Translations under genes and position numbers: made by a program
NCBI GenBank assembly: GCA_944384735.1
Contig: CALWUN010000001.1
Location: 30,464 to 94,463 of the forward strand
Reading direction: 5' to 3'
DNA from: an uncultured Agathobaculum sp.
GTDB lineage: Bacteria > Bacillota > Clostridia > Oscillospirales > Butyricicoccaceae
Length of the DNA stretch: 64,000 nucleotides
The notes under the pieces: generated by a model
Database searches by the model: none
What the model saw: the letters and a program-made list of their open reading frames with translations, nothing else
Told to the model about the DNA's origin: nothing
Part shown: one piece after another, positions 55,190-62,965 of the stretch
Numbering within the stretch: position 1 is the first letter of the stretch
Layout: each line of letters begins with the position of its first letter

Positions 55190-57004
55190 TTATTCTTCCC
55201 CGGCCTTTTCCGGTTCGATGTCGTTGATCTTTTTGACCACCGCGTAAGCATAGGTGCTGATGAGCGGGTCATCCGTGCAGGCGATATGGATTTCATACAC
55301 GCCCTCACGCGCCGGCGCGGTGTACACGCCGTCGGTCGTGATCTCGCCCGAGCCCTTCTCGGTCAGCGTATAGGTCAGCGTGCACGGCTCCATATTGTGG
55401 AAGCGCACGTTGAAGTAGCGGCTGTCGCGCGTGCCCATCACGATCGTGGGCGGCATCGCGGCGATGCGCTTGCCCTTGATGTCGCTTTCCAGCTTATCGC
55501 CCGCCGCCGGGATCTTATAGGCCATCCAGCGCAGCACCAGCAGCGCGTTGTTGGTCTCCTCCTGCATGCGCGCCGCGACCATAAAGCTGCCGCGGTCGTT
55601 CATCACCTTGACCGCAAGTTCCGCCCGCGGTATCGGCGCCTGCTCATTGGGGAACAGCTCGCTGCTGCCATAGATGACGCTGCGCGCCATCTGGCCGGTC
55701 TTGGGGTCTTCGGACAAATACTCAAAGCCAAGGCTGACATACACGTCCCCCTTGCCCAGGCCGTGCATGATCTCATCCGAATAGAATACCCGGCCTGCCC
55801 GCGTGCCATGCCCCAGCGGGATCTCGCACTGTCCGGTAGCGAACAGCGGGTCGCGCGGCACCAGCGGCACATTTTCGCCCGGCGCCGCCGGGACGGCCGG
55901 CCGCACCGGCTTGGGCGCGCCTTCCTTCTCCTCGTAGCAGGTGCGCAGCAGACGGCGCTGCGCCTCGCCGACGCTGGTGCGCACATACTGCTTGACGCCG
56001 TTTTCGCGGATGGATTCGATCATGCAGTTATTCTGCGTGCGCTGCAGCTTCAGCTCCGCCAGACAGATATATGCCTCGCCGGCGGCCATCTCGCGGCTCT
56101 CCAGACTGACGCGCGCCAGCTCGCGCTCGATAATGGACTCGGCGTCGGTCGGCTCGACCACCGCGCGCGCGGTCATCTTCTCCGAAATCAGCACGCGCTG
56201 GCCTGCCAGACGGATGTCCACGCGGCCCGGCTCGGCAATGACCATGGAGTCCGGCGCGGGGCGCTCCTGTGCGACCAGCCACACCTCGCGCACGATCTGT
56301 TCGTTCTGCATGGGCGTAACATCTGCAATCGAAATCTTGGTTTCGTGCGAGCCGTCCTGCGCGGTCAGCGCGGGCGACTGGAGGGTGCATTCCATGGAAA
56401 ACGGCAGCGCCCGGTCGGACAGCTTGGTCACCGTGATTGTCATCTGTACGCGACTGCCGCAGGGGATAAACGCAGGGATGCTCAGTTCGACCGCGTAATC
56501 ATCGTCCTGAAACAGCGACATGCGGCTGAAAAATTCGTTTTCCGGCGGCTCAGGCATGACGGTCTTGTCCGCATCGATCAGCATGAGCGTCACGCCCTCG
56601 CGCAGGCGGTTCATCTCATATTCCTCCTGATCGCGGCGGTTGACCGTATACACCGGCTGCTCGGGCTTTTCATCGTAGCGCAGGCACAGGCTGACGCGGT
56701 CGCTTTCGACCGACTCAAACCCCTCGATCGTACTCAGCTTGCGCACCAGCGAATTATCCAGCACCAGCTCGCGTCCCCAGCTGTCCAGCGCAACACCGGA
56801 TTCGATCATCAGGGACACGTCGTCGAGCGCATACACGCCCAGACCGCAGACCACGCCCGCGCCAAAAAGCATTTCGTTAAGGAACCGCCGTTTGTTCCCC
56901 GCATAGGTCTGCTCGGCCTGGAAATCCGCTGAGGTCAGCAGTTTCCCGACATAGTACCGGTTCCGCTCAAACGGAAAAAGCTGTTTGTTGTTCAAAGCAA
57001 GCAC
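55190..57004 (-). CDS. CIS fibre/baseplate-attachment-like protein with C-terminal Ig-like domain
   Basis: N-terminal FERNRYYVGKLLTSADFQAEQTY...GVVCGLGV...GVALD..GREL typical of CIS fibre-class N-termini; C-terminal GEITTDGVYTAP. Confidence 0.65.
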   Translation of the reverse strand: MLALNNKQLFPFERNRYYVGKLLTSADFQAEQTYAGNKRRFLNEMLFGAGVVCGLGVYALDDVSLMIESGVALDSWGRELVLDNSLVRKLSTIEGFESVESDRVSLCLRYDEKPEQPVYTVNRRDQEEYEMNRLREGVTLMLIDADKTVMPEPPENEFFSRMSLFQDDDYAVELSIPAFIPCGSRVQMTITVTKLSDRALPFSMECTLQSPALTAQDGSHETKISIADVTPMQNEQIVREVWLVAQERPAPDSMVIAEPGRVDIRLAGQRVLISEKMTARAVVEPTDAESIIERELARVSLESREMAAGEAYICLAELKLQRTQNNCMIESIRENGVKQYVRTSVGEAQRRLLRTCYEEKEGAPKPVRPAVPAAPGENVPLVPRDPLFATGQCEIPLGHGTRAGRVFYSDEIMHGLGKGDVYVSLGFEYLSEDPKTGQMARSVIYGSSELFPNEQAPIPRAELAVKVMNDRGSFMVAARMQEETNNALLVLRWMAYKIPAAGDKLESDIKGKRIAAMPPTIVMGTRDSRYFNVRFHNMEPCTLTYTLTEKGSGEITTDGVYTAPAREGVYEIHIACTDDPLISTYAYAVVKKINDIEPEKAGEE

Positions 57005-57121
57005 CCCATTTTCTTTTCACCGCCGGGGGCGCCACATTCCTCCCCGCGCGGACTGTTTGACCACTGCATCCGGCGGCTGTCCCCACATCACGCACTGCCG
57101 CCTACCATACACATTGCACAT

Positions 57122-57130
57122 ATTATAGCA
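57122..57130 (-). promoter_or_regulatory. Extended -10 promoter of the CIS gene run
   Basis: Minus strand TGC-TATAAT (TATAAT at 57127-57122), about 120 nt upstream of the first gene; no consensus -35. Confidence 0.55.
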
Positions 57131-57261
57131 TAAATTCCGCCAACAAAACTAAAGATTGTCTAAAACTGTTTATTTCCCGCCGTTTTTTGACAAATTGGTA
57201 AATAAAAAAGCATATATTTTGTGCAGTACGCACAAAATATATGCTTTACTCAAGCGTCCCC

Positions 57262-58296
57262 TTATGCAGGGTCTTTATCCTGGATCGGCAGCCGCAGCAC
57301 GATGCGCATGCCTCTGCCGGGCGCGCTTTCCGCTGTACAGGTACCGCCGTGGGCACGCACAATGATGTCGACCAAATGCAGGCCATGCCCGCTGCCGCTC
57401 TGTCCATGGGTGTTGGCGCCGCGGAACCCATTGTCAAAAATACGCGCCGCCTGCTTGCTGTCCATACCGAAACCGTCGTCCCGGCAGGTCAGCACGACGG
57501 CGTCCTGCTCACAGGCCAGCACAAAGGTGACCGTGCCCGGACGCCCCATGTATTTCATTGCATTTTCCACCAGATTATCAAACACATGCTGCAGCAGGAC
57601 CGGGTCGGCCACCACCGGGATGGACGGCGCCAGCGTGACCATCTGGCAGTCGATCTCCTTTTCCTGCGTCAGCGCGCAGAAATCCACCAGACCCTTCTGC
57701 AGCAAGTCGACCAAATCAAACGGCACCTTTTTCAGCCGCGCGGTGATCTCTTCCTCTTCGTTTCGTACCTCACACAGGCTGCGGCTGAGCATTTCGTTGA
57801 TCAAATGCAGCCGCTCGGCGATTTTGGCCAGATATTCCCGTTGTTCGTCCTGCTCTTCCACCATACCATCGCGTAGCAGTTCAGCATATCCGACCGCCAC
57901 CGAGATTGGCAGGCGCAGCTCATGGGATACATGGCTGAGGAACGCCTCATTGCGTTGTTCACAGGCCTGCTCCAAAGCCGCCCTCTCCCGGCGCGCCGAT
58001 GCCCGTTCTTCCTCCAGCTGCGCCGCCGCTGCCTTCCGCTCCTGCTCGATCTGCTCGCGCAGGTATTGCAGTTGCTCCTGCTCCCATGCCAGCTGTGCCA
58101 GCAGCGCATCCGCATGCTTAGTGCTCATGTGCAGCTGATAGGCATAAACCGCAATCACGCCGCAGACCAGCGCGCCAGCCAGTACCACCCATCCGCTGAG
58201 CAGCTGCATACCGCCCAAAATGCACAGCAGAACTTCTATCGCAATGGCACACCCGCCTGCAACATATAGTCCCCTGTTTTTTACCCGCTCTGTCAT
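57262..58296 (-). CDS. Histidine kinase with two closely spaced TMs and no extracellular sensor domain
   Basis: HVSHELRLP H-box, NLVENAMKY, DDGFG and GSGHGL motifs; TM hairpin followed by a coiled coil. Confidence 0.9.
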   Translation of the reverse strand: MTERVKNRGLYVAGGCAIAIEVLLCILGGMQLLSGWVVLAGALVCGVIAVYAYQLHMSTKHADALLAQLAWEQEQLQYLREQIEQERKAAAAQLEEERASARRERAALEQACEQRNEAFLSHVSHELRLPISVAVGYAELLRDGMVEEQDEQREYLAKIAERLHLINEMLSRSLCEVRNEEEEITARLKKVPFDLVDLLQKGLVDFCALTQEKEIDCQMVTLAPSIPVVADPVLLQHVFDNLVENAMKYMGRPGTVTFVLACEQDAVVLTCRDDGFGMDSKQAARIFDNGFRGANTHGQSGSGHGLHLVDIIVRAHGGTCTAESAPGRGMRIVLRLPIQDKDPA

Positions 58297-58488
58297 AGCC
58301 CTTCACCTGTCTGTATCATTCTGATTGCCGCAACGCCGCCAATCCGCGGCTCCCCCTCGCTGCATGCATGCTGGATTTTGCACAAACCCGCTTTTGAATC
58401 CTGTCACCTGATCCGGCGCTGCCGCATCCGGCCGCGCCGGATGCATCGCAAGGTATTGAAAATCCCTGCGGGGATGTTCTTCCATTTT

Positions 58489-58517
58489 AGTATACCGTTT
58501 TTCTGCGTGCTTCGCAA
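58489..58517 (-). promoter_or_regulatory. Sigma-A-like promoter of the histidine kinase
   Basis: Minus strand TTGCGA, 17 nt, TATACT. Confidence 0.5.
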
Positions 58518-58579
58518 TCGTTATTCTATTGCACCGCCCAAAATTTTTATCGCAAACGATGATTTATCTGATGATTCAA

Positions 58580-58609
58580 TTGACAGAAAAAAACAAGGCA
58601 TGCTATGAT
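58580..58609 (+). promoter_or_regulatory. Sigma-A-like promoter of the RR-ATPase operon
   Basis: TTGACA (58580-58585), 18 nt, TG-extended TATGAT (58604-58609). Confidence 0.65.
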
Positions 58610-58803
58610 AGGAAGTAACGTGATATTGCATGCACCGGCTGCTCCAGCGGGTCAGTCGGCGGCGCACAGCTAACCGGCCGCATTCCACCACACCACCCGG
58701 GCCGGGACAGCGTATCACCTTAGGATAGGGTTTTTTCTGTTTTATGGCGCTGCGCCACGACACACAAAATTTTCCCTGAGTTACGAGGAGGATTTTTCGC
58801 ACT

Positions 58804-59538
58804 ATGATTAAGATTTTAGTGGTGGAAGATGAACCAGACCTGTCCAACATCATCCGTTTGCACCTCAAGCGTGCCGGATACGTCCCAACCACCGCGTTTA
58901 CCTGCGCGGAAGCGCTGGAACGCCTTGCGGCTGAATCTTTTGACCTGATTATTCTGGATATCGTCCTGCCCGACCAGCAGGGCACCGAGCTGTGCACCAT
59001 TGTCCGCGCCAAGTCCCCGTGCCCGATCATTTTCACCAGCTGTCTGGACGACAGCCAGACCATCATCCATGCCCTGCAATCGGGCGGGGATGATTATATG
59101 GTAAAGCCCATCAATTTCGACGAAATGCTCGCGCGCATCGAGGCCATCCTGCGCCGGCACCGCACCGCACCATCTCTCCCACAGCCCGGCCTGCGGGAAT
59201 ATCCGGGCTTTTCTATCGATACCGACCACCATTGCGTGCTGCTGGCAGGGCAGGAACAGCCGGTCGCGCTATCCTCCATCGAATATGAGCTGCTGCTCTA
59301 TTTTGCCGACCATCCCAACACGCTGCTGCTATATAACGATCTTTACCAGCATATCTGGAAAGCGGACAGCGCGGGCGATACCCGCACGGTTATGGTACAT
59401 ATCTCCAACCTGCGCAAAAAGGTAGACCCCAACCATACCGGCATCATCCAGACGGTACGCGGCGCGGGCTATATTTTCAACAGCGCACCCCATAACGCCG
59501 CCCAACCCGTTCCCATCAACGGAGGAAACCTGTTATGA
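58804..59538 (+). CDS. OmpR family response regulator
   Basis: ILVVEDE, LIILDIVLP, GDDYMVKP, VMVHISNLRKK and TVRGAGY motifs; GAGGAGG RBS. Confidence 0.93.
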   Translation: MIKILVVEDEPDLSNIIRLHLKRAGYVPTTAFTCAEALERLAAESFDLIILDIVLPDQQGTELCTIVRAKSPCPIIFTSCLDDSQTIIHALQSGGDDYMVKPINFDEMLARIEAILRRHRTAPSLPQPGLREYPGFSIDTDHHCVLLAGQEQPVALSSIEYELLLYFADHPNTLLLYNDLYQHIWKADSAGDTRTVMVHISNLRKKVDPNHTGIIQTVRGAGYIFNSAPHNAAQPVPINGGNLL

Positions 59539-61850
59539 ACATCCAACAGCTTTTCGACCCTTCTTCCGCGCAGACGCCGTTTGAAAGCTACACCCAATAT
59601 TCCAGCTACCTGTTTGCCTGCGTCGACCTGCTGCTGCGCCAGTATGTCAACCAGCTGATGGACTCGTTCATATCGGAAAACGGCAGCGTAAAAAATGTGT
59701 TGTATCCCGACCTTGAGATCGCCAATACCCTGTGCGAAAAGCACGTCAGCGATTTCCTGCTCGAGCAGTCCCGGCCGGAGACCGCTGGCGACACCGACCT
59801 CGGCCTTTCCGCTCCAGACGGCCAAGATGAGCCTATGGGCAGTGAATTCGACGACCTGTTTGCTGATTTCGCCAACGATGTGGGGGACTTTTCGTCTGAT
59901 TCCGACCCGGAACCGGACATCACCGCCATGCTGTCCGTGCTGCGCCAGCGCGCCGCGGCCACCGGGGTGCCGCTGCCGCTGCACCAGCTGGCGGAAACGC
60001 TGCACCTGAGCGATTTTTCCCTATTCTGCTTCGCCTGCGCCATGCTGTCTTCGACGCAGACCAACTATGCCTCGATCTTCCAAGTCATCGGCCAGAACGG
60101 CAACCTGGTCGCGCCCAGCATTGAGTCCGCCGCGCGCGTCTACTACGGCCGGCATTTTACCATCACCGCCGCCTACGGCGAAATGTCACGCGCGCTGGAG
60201 CAGCTGGCGCCCGTGTTTGACCTGAAGATCAACAACGCGCTCCCCTTCTCGACCATTGTTTCCCCGGACAAACGGTTGATCGACTTCCTGTTCGGCACCG
60301 AGCCGCTGCGCATCGACCAGAACTATAAGCGCTTTTTCTCGATGCTGACAAACGATGACAAACTCGACCCCTTCCTTGCCAACCAGAAGGTGCTTGACGC
60401 GCTGACCATCGCCTACGACGACGGCGTGCGCCTGTTCTCCATCTATGGCGACGAGGGTTCGGGACGCCGCTTCACCATCCGCCATTTCTGCGCGCAGAAG
60501 GGACTGCGCTGCATTACGGTCGATGGCGCCAAGCTGTTCGGCTATGATTTCAGCTTTGTCCAACAGGCGCTGTGGGCGGTCGCGCGCGAGTGCCTGCTGA
60601 CCGAAGCCTGCTGCTGCCTGACCAACCTTTCCTATCGTGAGGAGGACAAGGAGCGCTTTTTCGGCTACATGGATCTGTGCTTTGAGCGCCTGTCCGACCG
60701 CGGCATCGCCGTGTTCACACACAGCCGCGACAAGCTGCCGCTGCGCGAGATGACGCAGCTCGACTTTGCGCACCTTGAACTGATCACACCGGACAACCGC
60801 GAACGCATTGCACTCTGGCAACACTACGCCGAGGGCTATGCGCTGGGCGAGGACGTCGACCTGACCGAGCTTGCCACCAAATTCCTGTTCACCGGCGGCA
60901 AGATCAAAAACGCGCTGCATCAGGGCCGCAGCCTCGCTTCGATGGACAAGGAAATTCTGATCTCGCGCGACAAGCTGTTCAAGGCCTGCAATGCGCAGAT
61001 GAGCCACGAGCTGACCCAGAAGGCGACGCGCATCCCGGCGAACTTCACGTGGGACGATATCGTCATGAACAAAGACCAGCGCGAGGCGCTGCAGCATGCG
61101 GTCGACCAGATGACCTACCGCAAGCAGGTCTACGAAGACTGGAACTACCTGAAAAAGTATCAGTACGGCCGCGGCCTGTCTGTACTGCTGTTCGGCGCGC
61201 CCGGTACCGGTAAATCCATGTGCGCGCAGGTCATCGCCAACGCACTCAACCTGGAGCTGTACCGCGTCGACCTGTCCAAGGTCGTCGACAAGTACGTCGG
61301 TGAGACGGAAAAGTCGATCTCGATGATTTTCCGCGAGGCCAAAAAGTGCAACGTCGTGCTGTTCTTCGACGAATGCGACACGCTGTTTGCCAAGCGTTCG
61401 GACGACGGCGGCTCCAACCAGTCCTCCAACAACAACAAGACCGCGCTGCTGCTGCAGGAGGTCGAGGCATATGACGGCGTTTCCGTCCTTGCCACCAACT
61501 ACAAACACAACATCGACCCCGCGTTCTTCCGCCGTATGAAATTTATCGTTGAATTCCAGTTCCCCGACCCGGATACCCGCGAAATGCTGTGGAAAACCAC
61601 CATCCCCAAGGGTACGCCGCTGGCCGAGGACGTCGATATCCGTTTCCTCGCGGAACGCTTTGAGTTCGTCGGCGGTAACATCAAAAACTGTATCCTCAAC
61701 GCGGCGTTCCTCGCCGCGGCCGACCCGGAAAGCGACGGCGATGTGCACATGAAGCACTATCTGCAGGCGATCCGGTACGAATTTGTCAAGACCGGCAAGG
61801 TATTCACCCGTGCCGACTTTGAACCGTACGCCAATCTCGTCCTGACCTGA
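59535..61850 (+). CDS. CIS AAA+ ATPase (Afp15/Pvc15-like)
   Basis: Degenerate first AAA (GDEGSGRR); intact second AAA (GAPGTGKS, VDLSKVVDKYVGETEK, LFFDECD, LATN, AFFRR, GGNIKN); N-terminal LHQL...L architecture. Confidence 0.88.
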   Translation: MNIQQLFDPSSAQTPFESYTQYSSYLFACVDLLLRQYVNQLMDSFISENGSVKNVLYPDLEIANTLCEKHVSDFLLEQSRPETAGDTDLGLSAPDGQDEPMGSEFDDLFADFANDVGDFSSDSDPEPDITAMLSVLRQRAAATGVPLPLHQLAETLHLSDFSLFCFACAMLSSTQTNYASIFQVIGQNGNLVAPSIESAARVYYGRHFTITAAYGEMSRALEQLAPVFDLKINNALPFSTIVSPDKRLIDFLFGTEPLRIDQNYKRFFSMLTNDDKLDPFLANQKVLDALTIAYDDGVRLFSIYGDEGSGRRFTIRHFCAQKGLRCITVDGAKLFGYDFSFVQQALWAVARECLLTEACCCLTNLSYREEDKERFFGYMDLCFERLSDRGIAVFTHSRDKLPLREMTQLDFAHLELITPDNRERIALWQHYAEGYALGEDVDLTELATKFLFTGGKIKNALHQGRSLASMDKEILISRDKLFKACNAQMSHELTQKATRIPANFTWDDIVMNKDQREALQHAVDQMTYRKQVYEDWNYLKKYQYGRGLSVLLFGAPGTGKSMCAQVIANALNLELYRVDLSKVVDKYVGETEKSISMIFREAKKCNVVLFFDECDTLFAKRSDDGGSNQSSNNNKTALLLQEVEAYDGVSVLATNYKHNIDPAFFRRMKFIVEFQFPDPDTREMLWKTTIPKGTPLAEDVDIRFLAERFEFVGGNIKNCILNAAFLAAADPESDGDVHMKHYLQAIRYEFVKTGKVFTRADFEPYANLVLT

Positions 61851-61858
61851 TACAAAAC

Positions 61859-61896
61859 CCGGAGGGGACGGCAGCATCAGCTACCGTCCCCTCCGG
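61859..61896. terminator. Terminator between the ATPase and PHP genes
   Basis: CCGGAGGGGACGG...CCGTCCCCTCCGG inverted repeat between convergent genes. Confidence 0.8.
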
Positions 61897-61931
61897 TTCG
61901 TTTATGCGTTTTTAGCGTAATACCGCGTCAT

Positions 61932-62747
61932 TCAGCAAAGCAGCCAGTCCAGCTCCAGCGCGAGCGGCCGCAGGATGGTATCGGGCCGCACGGCCTCGCC
62001 GTGAAAATCGCTGCCGCCCGATACATGCAGGCCGTACCGCGCGGCCAGCGTCAAATACTGCCCTGTCATCTCCGGCGTGTGCCGCGGGTAATGGCACTCG
62101 ATCCCATCCAGCCCCGCTTCTTTCAGCGTGCACACCAATTGCTCCAACCCGTCCTCCGTCATGCCGAGCTGATAGGGATGCGCCAGCACCGCCTTGCCGC
62201 CCGACTGGTGGACCGCTTGTATACAGGTTGGCGCATCTACCTTAAAGCGCTCGATACGCTGGTATTCATCGGTATCCAGATAACGGTCGAACGCCTCCCG
62301 GATGGACGACACATAGCCGTGCCGCAGCAACACCTGTGCAAAATGCGGACGGGCGATCACCGCGCCGCCGGCCACGGCCTCCACCTCTTCCAAGCAGACC
62401 GGCACGCCCTTTTCCGCCAGGAACTGCACGATCCGGTGTTTCCGCTCGTCGCGCCCCTCGCGCATGCGGCGGCACAGCGCCTCGATGGAAGCGCTGTCCC
62501 CTTGCAGCCCCAAACCAAGGATATGCAGGTAACGGTTTTCTTTCGCGCCTAGCTCCACGCCCCGCAGCACGGTTATCCCGCAGGCTGCGCCTGCTTCCGC
62601 CGCTTGACCGACACCGTCAATCGTATCATGGTCTGTCAAGGCCATTACCTCGATCCCGGTGTCATAGACCTTTTGCACCAGCTGTGCCGGTGTATATTGC
62701 CCGTCCGAAGCTGTGGAGTGCATGTGCAAATCCGCTTGCCGTATCAT
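61932..62747 (-). CDS. PHP domain phosphoesterase (TrpH/YciV-like)
   Basis: DLHMHSTASDG, LTDHDT, HILG, RPH, LAHP and GGSDFHG motifs; GGAGG RBS. Confidence 0.92.
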   Translation of the reverse strand: MIRQADLHMHSTASDGQYTPAQLVQKVYDTGIEVMALTDHDTIDGVGQAAEAGAACGITVLRGVELGAKENRYLHILGLGLQGDSASIEALCRRMREGRDERKHRIVQFLAEKGVPVCLEEVEAVAGGAVIARPHFAQVLLRHGYVSSIREAFDRYLDTDEYQRIERFKVDAPTCIQAVHQSGGKAVLAHPYQLGMTEDGLEQLVCTLKEAGLDGIECHYPRHTPEMTGQYLTLAARYGLHVSGGSDFHGEAVRPDTILRPLALELDWLLC

Positions 62748-62851
62748 CGCTCCGCCTCCTCTATCATGCTGATGGAACTTTTTGCCTGCCATCGCCGCAA
62801 ATTCCCAGAAACACCGTCACTGCCAGCCTGCGACGTGCGATTGCGCCATAA

Positions 62852-62885
62852 TGCCGGCGGCGCCGCATATACGGCGCCGCCGGCA
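62852..62885. terminator. GC-rich hairpin downstream of gatB
   Basis: TGCCGGCGGCGCCG-catata-CGGCGCCGCCGGCA perfect 14-bp stem; no clear U tract. Confidence 0.55.
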
Positions 62886-62965
62886 CAATACTGTATCCGT
62901 CTCGGTAATCACGCGCATCAAACGTCATGCCCGATGCCGCACTTCCCGTCTGGACTGGACAGATA

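Noticed and set aside
58303-58485. 60-aa ORF upstream of the histidine kinase
   Set aside because: No RBS, no recognisable motif, and its ATG lies only 3 nt from the predicted -10, so it falls at or before the likely transcription start.
58640-58745. c-di-AMP (ydaO) riboswitch suggested by CAGCTAACC and AGGATAGGG
   Set aside because: The motifs occur in the wrong order and the 5' GCTGAATCC/GGAACC elements are missing.
26665-61850. Canonical type VI secretion system
   Set aside because: Single-chain phage-like sheath and gp19-like tubes rather than TssB/C and Hcp; no TssJLM, TssK or ClpV recognised.
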